Part shown: piece after piece, positions 1-10,809 of the stretch | Numbering within the stretch: position 1 is the stretch's first letter | How the letters are laid out: each line of letters starts with the position of its first letter | Assembly (NCBI GenBank): GCA_051313645.2 | Contig: JBNRSN020000005.1 | Coordinates: forward strand, 164,982,001-165,046,000 | Source: Centroscyllium fabricii | Lineage: Eukaryota | DNA length: 64,000 nucleotides | Direction: 5' to 3' | Notes under the pieces: generated by a model | What the model saw: only the letters and a program-made list of their open reading frames with translations | What the model was told of the DNA's origin: nothing | Databases searched by the model: none | Made by a program: the position numbers and the translations under genes

Positions 1-99
1 CCTGTACCAAAATGTAAAGGATGTCCATGCCCAGGATAAATGGACTGTTTAATTTTCTTTCTGCTGAACCCAGACCTTTCAATCCAACTACTTCTTTGA

Positions 100-470
100 T
101 CTTTTCCCAGATTTATCTGAATAATTTCAGCTTCTCTTTTGCTTCTAAAAGCCAATTGTTGAAAATGACTGTTTTCTGATACTGTGCTTTTTCAGTGAGA
201 AGCAGATGGTTGTGATTTGGATCTCCATGCCAGTGTAATACGTCTGTAACAGCGGTAAGAGTATCTTTCTGCAAGTACATAATGGTGCTTTGACATCGGG
301 TACATAGCCCAGGATACATATTTTTGGATCCATCTGTTCGTATCCTACTGGCCTGTGAAACTGTATCCACTGCCACTTGTCAAAAGCAAGAAATCCAATT
401 TATGTGAATCAAATCTTCACTATCAGCATCACACCTCCATGATTTACTCACAGTCAGGCACCTCCTTCTT
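100..470 (-). pseudogene. Decayed 3' end of an L1/Tx1-like LINE ORF2 (C-terminal Cys-rich region)
   Basis: Minus-strand frames give ...SWRCDADSEDLIHINWISC... and, frameshifted, DPKICILGYVP, resembling the CWRC..L.H.FW.C and PLDPK.CILG motifs of fish L1/Tx1 C-termini; broken by stops. Confidence 0.35.
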
Positions 471-825
471 GCCAAATTACCTGTGGTACAATATCGGTGT
501 ATTATTTTAAGTTTGATTCATCACATCCTCACTCTGCTAGGTGCTAAATAGACATTCAGCTGCATTGTACTACTCTCAGGCTGCATAAAATCTGTTTCCA
601 GGGCTTCTGTCCAAATCTTATGACTCCATTGGCACATGTTATTGATGGGAGAGATGGTGCAGGAGGGAGGGCTTTAGATTCCTGGGATATTGGCACCAGT
701 TATGGGGGAGGTGGGACCTGTACAAGCCGGATGGGTTGCACCTCAACAGAGCCGCGACCAATGCCCTCATGGGGGAAGTTTGCTGGTGCTGTTGGGGAGG
801 GTTTAAACTAATTTGGCAGGGGGAT

Positions 826-1075
826 CAATTTGGCTACAGATCAATTCGCACCCGCACGACTAGATTTAAGAACAGCTTCTTCCCCAGGGCTGTCAGCCTC
901 CTGGACTCTAAAAAAAACTCCGGTACCTGCACACCTGAAAATGTACTTTACTGTATGCAATTTGCATGTAATTTATTTGCACTACTCTCGGGAGCAGCGT
1001 GTCTTTGTCTCGTTGTATTGTACTAGTACTCTGCAATGACAATAAAACTTGAATTGAATTGAATTGAATTGAATT
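826..1075 (+). mobile_element. 5'-truncated Rex1/Babar-type LINE 3' end
   Basis: Encodes YRSIRTRTTRFKNSFFPRAVSLLD (Rex1/Babar C-terminus), then AATAAA and a (TTGAA)n tail; flanked by GGAT direct repeat (822-825, 1076-1079). Confidence 0.75.
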
Positions 1076-1809
1076 GGATGGGCACCAGGATGTAGCTTTA
1101 GAAAGGAGAAACAAGGCGCACAAAGGATTGGGAGAGACAGATAGCACGAGAGTAAGAAATAGTAAGGTATTGGTGGGGTTAGACTAAGAGAATATAAGAA
1201 GGTCTAAGATAGGTTTACAGTGCATGTGTGTGAATGCATGCAGTGTGGTAAAGAAGGTTGGTGAGCTGCAGGTGCAAATAGACACATGGGATAATGATGT
1301 TGTGGCTTGGGAATTAAATATTCCTGGATATAAAGTGTTCAGGAAAGATAGGGAAGGAAAAAAAGGAGGTGGGGTGGCAGTAATGATTAAGGAGAATATT
1401 ACAATGCTGGAGAGAGAGGATGTGCTCAACGGGTCAAGGACAGAATCTATTTGGCTAAACTTGAGAAACAATAGAGGTGCCATTACACGACTAGGTGTAT
1501 TCTATAGGCTGCCAACTAGTGGGAAGGATACAGGGGAGCAAATTTGCAGGGAAATTTCAGAGAGGTGCAAGAATTATAGAGTAGTGATAATGGAGAGCTT
1601 CAACTATCCTAATATAGTCTAGGATAGTAATAGTGTAAAGGGCAGAAAGGGGGAAGAATTTCTGAGGTGTGTTCAGGAGAACTTTCTTGATCAGTACATT
1701 TCTGGCCCAATGAGGAAGGAGGCATTGTTGGATCTGGTTCTGGGGAATGAGGTGGGTCAAGTAGAGCAAGTGTCAGTATAGGAACATTCAGGGAACAGTG
1801 ATCACAGTA

Positions 1810-2577
1810 CAGGTACACAATCCTTTATCCAAAAACCTCGGGACCGGACGGTTCTCGGATTTCTGATAATTTCGGTTTTTGGAATGGTCACATTAACATA
1901 CGTTTTTCTGCAGCGAATCTTGTAAATATTCACAAAAGTGGGTCAGTCTGCTGCTCTTTTAGGCATTCTTCCAAAAAATAACGGTGCAAATTCGCAAATA
2001 TATCGGAGATCAGCAGTCAGATACAGGCACCGGGAGCATCGGGGCCTGCGTGGCCTGAGCGTCGGGGCCATTGTGGCCTGAGTGACGCGGCCGTCGTGGC
2101 TGGGCGCCGAGAGCATCGGGGCCATCAGGCCTGCGTGGCCTGAGCGTCAGGGCCGTCGTGGCCAGGAGCCAGGAGCATCGGGGCCGTCGGGCCTGCGTGG
2201 CCTGAGCATCGGGGCCGTTGTGGCCAGGTGCCAGGAGCATTGGGGCCTGCATTGCCTGAGCATCGGGGCCATTGTGGCCGGAGCGCCGGGGCCGTTGTGG
2301 ACCAGACTGGGACGTACAGGAAAGGACATTTTAATATCTGCATCGTTTCTTTGGAGATTGCATGTTTGCATTTCGTTGTATTGTGTATGTTCACTTTAAA
2401 ATGACAATAAATTGAATTGAATTGAATTGAATTGAATTGAATTGAATTGAGATACTGACACCTCTGACCTGCGTGGGTCATGTTGGGTAATTTTTCGCGC
2501 GCAACTCGGGTCATTTGAAATTTCATTTTTTGGAGGTTTTCGGTTTTTGGAGTTGCGGATATACGATTGTGTACCTG
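1810..2577. mobile_element. Non-autonomous Tc1/mariner (Tigger/pogo-like) MITE
   Basis: TIRs CAGGTACACAATC..TATCC / GGATA..GATTGTGTACCTG; TA duplicated at 1808-1809 and 2578-2579; removing it restores contiguous CR1 ORF2 sequence. Confidence 0.85.
2025..2449 (+). mobile_element. Non-autonomous retroposon: GC-rich minisatellite body plus Rex/Babar-like (TTGAA)n tail
   Basis: AGATAC direct repeat at 2019-2024 and 2450-2455; tandem GCGTGGCCTGAGCATCGGGGCC-like units 2030-2300; 3' end TCGTTGTATTGT..AATGACAATAAA(TTGAA)n matches 1010-1075. Confidence 0.7.
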
Positions 2578-4185
2578 TATCATAACATTTAGATTAACTA
2601 TGGAAAAGGATGGGGAACAATCTAGAGTAAAAATAATTTATTGAAAGAAAGCCAATTTCAGTGGGTTGAGAGCGGATCTGGCCCGGGCAAATTGTAATCA
2701 AAGATTGGCAGGCAAATCTGTAATTGAACAATAGGCTGCCTTTAAAGAGGGTTGATGAGGGCAATGCGGTTGATGTGGTGTACATGGACTTTAAAAAGGC
2801 ATTTGATAAAGTTCCAAGTAATAGGCTTGCCAGCAAAGTTGAAGCCCAAGGAATAAAATGGACAGTGGCAACATGGATACGAAATTGGCCAGTGGCAGGA
2901 AACAGAGAGTAGTAGTGAACGGTTGTTTTTCAGATTGGAGGATGGAAGACAGTGGTGTTCCCAGAGGTCGGTACTAAGACCACTGCTTTTCTTGATATAT
3001 ATTAATGACTTGGATGTGGGTGTACAGGGCACAATTTCAAAATTTGCAGATGTCACAAAACTTGGAAATATAGTGAACAGTGAGGAGGATAGTATAGACT
3101 TCAAGAGAACAAAGACAGGCTGGTGAACTGGACGGACACGTGGCAGATGAAATTTAACGCAGAAAAGTGTGAAGTGATACATTTTTGTAGGAAGAATGAG
3201 GAGAAGCAACATAAACTAAAGAGTACAATCCTAAAGGGAATGCATGAACAGAGAGACCTGGGGCTATATGTGCACAAATTATTGAAGGTGGCAGGGCAGG
3301 TTGAGAAAGCGGTTAAAAAAGCAAACGGGATCCTGGGCTTCATAAATAGAGGCACAGAGTACAAAAGCAAGGACGATATGATGAACTTTTATTAAACACT
3401 GATTCGGCCTCAACTGGATTATTGTATCCAATTCTGAGCACCGCACTTTAGAAAGGATGTGAAGGTCAGAGAGGGTGCAGAAAAGATTTAGAAGAATGGT
3501 TCAAGGGATGAGGGACTTCAGTTACATGGATAGACTGGAGAAGCTGGGCTGTTCTCCTTAGAGCAGAGAAGGTTGAGAGGAGATTTGATAGAGGTGTTCA
3601 AAATCATGAGGGGTCCAGACAGAGAAGATAGTGGGAAACTGTTCCCATTAGCGGGAGGGTTGAGAACCAGAGGACACAGATTTAAGGTGATTGGCAGAAG
3701 AACCAATGGCGACATGGGGAAAAACTTCTTTACATAGCGAGTGTTTAGGATCTGAAATGCACTGCCTGAAAGGGTGGTGGAGGCAGATTGAATCGTGGCT
3801 TTCAAAAGGGAATTAGATAAGCAATTGAAGGAAAAAGAATTGCAGGATTATGGGGAAAGGGCGGGGGAGTGGGACTAGCTGAAGTGCTCTTGCAGAGAGC
3901 CGGCACGGACTTGATGGGCTGAATGACCTCCTTCTGTGCTGTAACCATTCGATGATTCTAACTTTGCTATGAAATTGAGTTCAGGATTGGGCAGTCACAT
4001 GTTCCAAAGCTATCTTTCAGTGCTTTTCCAATGTGCACATTCCTTTAAAATCTATCATGAGGCAACTCAAATTCCTGACATAATTGCTAAAAAACCTTGA
4101 TTGTCCCTCCCACCCACCTCTCCCCAGATATTACCAGCAATCCTAGCCTCCATCTACTTCTTTACCTAACCAATTTTGAGTCATA

Positions 4186-4675
4186 ATTTTAAATCTAGGT
4201 GGATACCCCGCTCAGACCTTAGTTAAAATTACAGTCGGGTTTCAACGATGTCATCTGGCCGCAACATGCATATGTAAAGAAGGACTGATGCGCGATCAAT
4301 TATACTCGAGGCGAGGTTGAGAATACAACTGAGGCTTTTATTCACGAAGAACCCTGGAACATTTTTAGACTGGCTGGCGACTCCTTGTAATGAGCCAGGC
4401 TCCCAGAGCTTGGGCCTATATCAGGTAGGCTAGGGGCGGAGTCAGCTTCAGGCATGCCCGGGCATGTATACATACAGGCAAGAGGCAACTATATACAACA
4501 GTGGTTTACCACAAGGACCCTGTTGGCTCCGGGCCCATGTCCTTGCTGCCTGCTCAGGAGAGCAGGTCAAAGTTGTAGATGTTGCGATCAAGGCAGCTTT
4601 CGGATAGTTAAGAGCCAGGGCGATTTTAATTGCCCACCAAGTTTCTGCTGAGCGAGTAGGGTTAAAATCGCCCCC
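4186..4675. mobile_element. MITE-like repeat (copy 1), interrupted by a solo LTR
   Basis: Near-identical to the uninterrupted copy at 40007-40272; ends in GTTAAAATCGCCCC with an internal GGCGATTTTAA inverted copy. Confidence 0.65.
4286..4513 (-). mobile_element. Solo LTR (Gypsy, TGTGGTAA...GCATCA lineage)
   Basis: TG...CA ends, GTGAATAAAAGCCT on minus strand, 5-bp TSD AGGAC (4281-4285, 4514-4518); the paralogous copy near 40105 carries a single AGGAC. Confidence 0.9.
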
Positions 4676-4964
4676 AAATGATGACTTTCAGCAATCTTCC
4701 AGAGCACGAATTTCATTAATTAAGACACACATCAACTTCCATTGTACATTATTCCAGGATTTCAGCTCAAAATACTGGTAGCACTCATCATTTCAGTAAT
4801 CCGAAATTCATGTGACATCATTATTTTTCCGATCTGAATGCCTGATTGAACTTGTCTGGGATCACAAGCAAAGGGTAATGATATTGCTATTCTAATTGGA
4901 AAAGTACGATGATATGGGCAGAGCCCAGTACGTGAGTGCAAAAGACAAGGTTGAAGTGTTCTCA

Positions 4965-6660
4965 ACCAACTTCGGCTAGAAATGCTGAGTGGATGATCTT
5001 TCTCTGTCTACTCCTGAGGTCCCCGCCATCACAGAAGCCAGTCTTCAGCCATTTCAATTCACTCCACGTGATATCAAGAAATGGCTGAGCACATTGGACA
5101 CAGCAAAGGCTACCCATCCCAACACATCCCAGCTGTAGAGCTGAAGACCTGTGCTCCAGAGCTAGCTGCGCAGAAAGCCAAGCTGTTCCAGCTACAGCAC
5201 GGGCATCTACCCGACAATGTGGAAAATTGCCCAGGTATGTCCTATCTACAAAAAACAGGACAAATCCAATCTGGCCAATTAGCATCCTATCAGCCTACTT
5301 TCAATCATCAGCAAAGTGAGAAGAGGAATCATCAACAGTGCTATCAAATGGCATGTACTCTTCAATAGCCTGCTCACTGATGCTCAGTTTGGGTTCCATC
5401 AGGACCACTCAGCTCCAGACCTCATTGCAGCCTGGGAGCAAACATGGACAAAAGAGCTGAATTTCAGAGGTGAGGTGAAAGTGGCTGCCCTTGAAATCAA
5501 GGCCGCATTTGACCGAGTGTGGTACCAAGGGGCCCTAGTAAAACTGAAGTCAATGGGAATCAGGGAAAAAATTCTCCAGTGGCTGGTAACATGCCTAGCA
5601 CAAAGGAAGATGGTTGCGGTTGTGGGAGGCCAATCTTCTCAGCCCCAGAACATTGCCGCAGGAGTTACTCAGGAGAGCATCCTAGGTCCAAATATCTTCA
5701 GCTGCTTCATTGATGACCTTTACTCCATCATAAGGTCAGAAGTGGGGATGTTCGCTGATGATTCCACAGTGTTCAACTTCATTCACAATTCGCCTGACAA
5801 TGAATCATGTGCACATGCAATAAGGCCTGAACAACATCTAGGCTTGGGTTGATAAATGGCAAGCAACATTTGTGCCACACAAGTGCCAGGCAATGACCAT
5901 CTCCAACAAAAGAGAGTCCAACCACCTCTCCATAACATTCAATAACACTGTCATCGCCAAATCATCCCCATCAACCTCCTGGGGGTTGTCATTGACCAGA
6001 AACTCAACTGGACCAGCCACATACATGCCATGGCAACTAGAGCAGGTCAAAGGCTGGGTATTCTGTGGTGCGTGGCTCAACTCCTGACTCCGCAAAGCTT
6101 CTCCACCATCTACAAGGCACAAGTCAAGAGTGTGGTGGGATACTCTCCACTTGCCTGGATGTGTACAACTGCAACAACACTCAAGAAGCTTGATACCATC
6201 CGGGACAAACCAGTCCATTTGATCGGCAGCCTGACCACCTCCTCAAACATCCACTCCGTCCACCACCTCAAGCATCCATTCCCTCCACCGCGGATGCAGT
6301 GCGTACTACCTATAGAATGAACTGCAGCAACTCGCCAAGGTTTTGTCAGCAGCCCCTCACAAACTGGCAAACTCCACCACCTAGAAGGACAAGGGCAGCA
6401 GGTGCATGGGAACACCACCACCTCCAGATTGCTCTCCAAGTCACACACCATCCTGACTTGGACATATATTGCCATTCCTACATTGTTGCTGGGTCAAAAT
6501 CCTGCAACTCTTTACTTAACACTATTGTGGAAGTCCCCTCACCACACAGACTGCAGCGGTTCAAGAAGGTGGCCCACCACCATCTGCTCAAGGGCAACTT
6601 GGAAAGGACAATAAATGCTGGCCTTGCCAGTTGTGCCCACATCCCGAGAATGAATTTTTA
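4965..6660 (+). mobile_element. 5'-truncated CR1-group LINE distinct from the HER1 type; decayed RT
   Basis: QFGFHQDHSAPD, ALEIKAAFDRVW, GVTQESILGP, MFADDS RT motifs across frameshifts; 3' UTR ending AATAAATGCTGGCCTTGCCAG..CACATCCC. Confidence 0.8.
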
Positions 6661-7140
6661 AAACATCTGTGGAAAAACAATCAACTAAGCATTCTGAACT
6701 GTGTTTCAGAAATACAAATAGCCTTGCACAAGTCTTCTTTTTCCTTAAGTTTCTATGTAATATTTTTATGGTGTCCATTATTTAAGGGATTGAGTTATCA
6801 GTCAGGATCTCTTGAAACAAACACATACTCAGAGATTCAGATGCTCTTGTTCAGAGCGAAACCTATGAAGTGCTGTCAAAGATAAAATCAAAGAGTTCGG
6901 TGCAATTTTAATCTCAAATGTTACTTTTGGCAGTTTTGAAAGAGGAATCTTAACACGAGCAGTTTGTATGAAGACACTATTTTTGAAGCTGTCAGAAAAG
7001 AGTCTTAAAATAAAAATCAGAAGTGAACTTTGCCTGTCAGCTGCTGCCTTTGATATCACTGGAGGCCAAGACATCTTTCCGAACAACCTTTCTTCATCCT
7101 GCTGTCCGAAGCCGTGACTCAAACTGGAGGCTCCCTTTTT

Positions 7141-7390
7141 CTCTCTCTCTTAGGCAGTCCCTCGGAACCGAGGATGACTTGCTTCCACATTAAAAATGAG
7201 TTTGCAGGTGACTGATGAGTTCCAGGTCCCGAACTTCATTTTAAAGGGTTGAATATGCCTGTGCGTGAATTCTTTTCACGTGGTGTGGCCGTTGCAAAAC
7301 CAGCTACCAGCAAGCTCTTGATCCAATGGCAAGGGGATCCAAGACGATTGGAGACCAGGCTCTGTTACAACGGCCTAGCACACACACACA
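7141..7390 (-). mobile_element. Internally deleted (bipartite) RTE-type non-autonomous element
   Basis: Minus strand: putative 5' UTR, ATG at 7239 encoding MKFGTWN (RTE endonuclease start), fused directly to LISHLQTHF-stop (RTE C-terminal zinc-finger end), then CCTCGG-loop-CGAGG stem-loop and (AG)n tail. Confidence 0.7.
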
Positions 7391-7619
7391 AACATAATGC
7401 TACTGTCCTGCTCCCTTCTTCCCGCGGGTCCTCTCTGCAGGATTTCATCGGATGCATTGTGGTCCTCCCGACCTCGCTGTTGGCCTGTGCCACACCTTCC
7501 CTGGGCCCCGACCCCACTGCTGGTCCATGCTGCACCACTCCTGGGCCTTGACCTCACTGCTGGGCTTGTCCTCGCTCCTGGGTCCCGGCCTTTCAGCACA
7601 TATCTGGAGAGCTGACAGG

Positions 7620-7875
7620 AGAGAGGCATCGCAGCTGAGTGCAATCCTGCCCTTGTCACTTCACAGCAGCAGTCAGTGGTTTGTGATGAGGAATGATAAT
7701 GATGGGTCATGTTGCTCAAGCCTGGTACAGCGACACTGAAGCCAACCGTACCGTATCTTCAACGGCTCCAGCTGAGATCACCTACCTCAGCACAGACCAG
7801 CAACCAAACCTGGGACTTTGCTGGTCTTTATATCTCAGTACCACGCCACAAGGAACACTTATCCAATAGCCACAA
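7620..7875 (-). mobile_element. Old tRNA-derived SINE remnant
   Basis: Minus strand GTGGCTATTGGATAAG..GTCCCAGGTTTG..GTCTGTGCTGAG: degenerate A/B-box-like head; similar remnant near 30550-30660. Confidence 0.35.
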
Positions 7876-8628
7876 GAAACACTTAGCCAATAGCTGCTAT
7901 CCAATAGAGGCCAGAATGTGTGCCTTATTGCAAGCAGAAGTGAATCGTTTGCAATTCGGAACTCTTGACCCACAATTCATTAAAGCAGAATACATTTCAC
8001 CAATTGATGCTACAACGGCAGCGATGAAAAACAGGTTTAAATACCTCTACTAACGAATCCCCAGTCTTAGCCGTGCTACTTTAGAGAGTTGATGAGTGAA
8101 AGCCATGCAGCTGCTCTGAGAGAAGAAGTGTCAAAAATGAAGAGAAGTTAATCCTGAACCACCCTCGCATATCGGTTTATATTAGCATTAGATGAGTAGG
8201 ATTCAACTGCCTGTCCTTTTGGAGACTTTGGGCGGGGGGTGGGGGGATTTTAACCGCCCCCCCAGCCCCACTGTGAAAGCGCCTACTCCCATTTTAATCC
8301 GGCATCTGAGTAACCTGCTCTGGAGAGGTGGGTTTGTCATTATAATATGTTAATCAGATTACATTCATCAGATGTTAGCAACAATTTGAATTTAACATGG
8401 CCGCTGGGTTTCCCGGGTCTCCGGAAACCCGGCACCTAAAGGGAGGCAGGAACCAGCAGCTAACTGTTCCCCCTGACCACTCAAGCTAGCCTGCCATGAT
8501 CAGTAAGCCTCCCATCCCCCCATCAACAACACGATCTCTTCTGGTTCCCTCCCTCCCTCCCGTCCCCAACAGGCCCCGGCTGCCTTCTGCTGGCTTTCCT
8601 GCTCGGCAACTGGCCAGCTTCTTAATAT

Positions 8629-9030
8629 GGCGGCACAGTGGCATAGTGGTTAGCACTGTTGCCTTACAGCGCTAGAGACCCGGGTTCAAATCCGGCCTCG
8701 GGTGACTATCTGTGTGGAGTTTGCACATTCTCCCCGTGTCTGCGTGGGTTTCCTCCGGGTGCTCCGGTTTCCTCCCACAGTCCAAAGATGTGCGGGTTAG
8801 GTTGATTGGCCAGGATAAATTGACCCTTAGTGTTAGGGGGATTGAATATGTGGGGTTACGGGGATAGGGTGGGATATGTGTCGGTACAGGCATGAGAGGG
8901 ATATGGGGAGAGGGCAGGGACAGGGTACTGGGTTTGGATGATCAGCCATGATCTCGTTGAATGGCGGAGCAGGCTCAAAGGGCCGAATGGCCTTCTCCTG
9001 CTCCTATCTTCTATGTTTCTATGTTTCTAT
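8629..9030 (+). mobile_element. HE1-type V-SINE with extended CR1 tail
   Basis: tRNA-like head (TGGCATAGTGG A box, GGTTCAAATCC B box), V-domain GTGGGTTTCCTCCGGGTGCTCCGGTTTCCTCCC, CR1 3' UTR and (CTATGTTT)n tail. Confidence 0.9.
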
Positions 9031-9439
9031 AGCCGGCTGCCAGGAGGGATACAGAATTGCAACATGAAAATGAGGACTTGCCATTAAATTTAGCACAACC
9101 TCTGCGTTCCCAGCATTTCCGGATTTACCCCCACTCCCCCCGCAAATACGCACCTCCGTTCCCTGTCTGTAAATATCGGGGGCCTTGATGTTGGGTCCAG
9201 GGAGAAAATAGAAGTTGCCAACAGGTAAAAAAGGCAACATTTAAGCATTTCCAGCAAACTTGCGGCATAATAATACGGACTGAAAGGTGAGGGAAAAAAT
9301 CAACTCATGGTGTCCATGCCCCGCTCCAGCAATGTCTGGGCCTCTGTGTTCGGTCCTTATAAAGCAGAGATCCCATGACTGACCTCAAGCAGGGCCATGG
9401 CTGATTTGCTAGCTTACCAAAATCATGTTATGCTCTCTC

Positions 9440-9700
9440 AACAACATCAACTTCCATTTGTAGCGCCTTTGACGTAGTAAAACATCCCAAGGCGTTTCAC
9501 AGGAGCGATTTCAAACAAAATTTGACACTGAGGCAGAGGTGATCAAAAGCTGATCAGAGGTAGGTTTTAAGCAGCATCTTAAAGGAGGAGAGAGAGGCGG
9601 AGAGGTTTAGGGAGGGAATTTTAGGGCTTAGGCAGCTGAAAGCACGGTCGCCAATGCTGGAGCAATTAAAATCAGGCATGCCCCAAAGGCTAGAACTGGC
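9440..9700 (-). mobile_element. L2-type LINE 3' end fragment
   Basis: Minus strand CTCTCCTCCTTTAAG..GTGAAACGCCTTGGGATGTTTTACTACGTCAAAGGCGCTA..GTTG tail; same family as 31845-34220. Confidence 0.65.
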
Positions 9701-10182
9701 CATCCTGACAGCTGTCCCTTGGCTTTACATTTCTGAGTATAGGTTGAGCACCGTTAATCTGGCACGGTCGGGACCAGGCCCGTGCCGGACAAGTGAAAAC
9801 TCTGAACGATTGAAGCTTCGGCGAGCGCATGCCTAGTATATTAATACAACCGCGACTCAATTAGGACCGTATTGAGCTCCTACTCTGTCCACAATTTAGC
9901 TGAAGATATTTATAAAGGTATTTCTTATGTGTTTATCGAAAGAAACCTTAAATTTGAAACTGAGGGTGGGGGTAGGGTGATCATTTCAAATTTTACTGCC
10001 AGCCAAAAACGGGTAACAGCGAATCTGCTGTCAAACAGGCGTAAAATGGGCTACCGATACACTATCACCCCCTTTCTCATCTGGCGATAAAGGTTAAAGA
10101 TTGTGTTTAACTGGATTGGCAAAGTAACATTGGCCAGGGATTCTTTTCCCCTCACCAATTTTCTTTCATTTGCTCCTTCCCT

Positions 10183-10415
10183 GAGAGCACTGAATCTTTG
10201 GAATTCTCTGCCCCAGAGAGCTGTGGATGCTCAGTCATTGAGTATAGTCAAGACTGAGATCAATAGATGTTTGGGCACTAAGAGAATCAATGGCATATGG
10301 GGATCAGGCGGGAAAGTGGAGTTGATGTCAAAGTTCAGCCACGATCTTATTGAATGGCGGAGCAGGCACGATGGGCTGTCTGGCCTACTCCTGCTCCTAT
10401 TTCTTTTGTTCTTAG
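10183..10415 (+). mobile_element. CR1 3' end fragment
   Basis: NLWNSLPQRAV motif and CR1 3' UTR GAATGGCGGAGCAGGC..CCTACTCCTGCTCC. Confidence 0.8.
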
Positions 10416-10809
10416 CACTTGCTTTAATACAGCTCAGCAGGCGCCTTGACTTGGAATGTAGGCAGACAATTCAAGCATGAACAATCGTGCTTAATCTTGT
10501 CCCCAGCTGCGACTTCCAGCGGGCATTGCGGGTTGGTGATCAGGAGCGGGTGCCCTGACTGATTTATCCCCTCCTTAACCCGGCGGAGCTGAAACCATTG
10601 ACGGTGTCTTTATCACTTCTTCAGCTGTGAAGAAGCAGTGTGGACTGGGGTGGGCGAAAGCTGGGACCTTCCTGCACTGCAAGGTTCAGCTAATCACGAA
10701 ATAAGCTCGCCCAGTCTTTGGCATGCTTCTAACCAATTAATATTCACTGGTTTGCCTCACGTCCTCAACCAGTGAATGCAGAAATTGACATGGTATCTGT
10801 AATATAATG

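Larger units (their letters stand above)
650..3960 (+). mobile_element. Degenerate CR1 (HER1-like) LINE with internal deletion, hosting nested insertions
   Basis: ORF1 esterase tail (DGLH..FAGAVGEGLN), APE endonuclease (RKDREGKKGGGVA, GVFYR), RT (VDVVYMDFKKAFDKVP, KFAD), C-terminus and ATTCTATG-like tail near 3950. Jumps from post-endonuclease sequence into RT near 2745. Confidence 0.9.

Noticed and set aside
2030-2300. Regular repeats as a CRISPR array, and the overlapping ORFs
   Set aside because: Units are contiguous with no unique spacers; the ORFs are by-products of a GC-rich minisatellite
6829-7122. Open frames on both strands as a host exon
   Set aside because: No recognisable protein motif or convincing splice sites
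8629-8705. tRNA gene
   Set aside because: A/B boxes run into a V-SINE core and a LINE tail; this is a SINE head (same at 46212)
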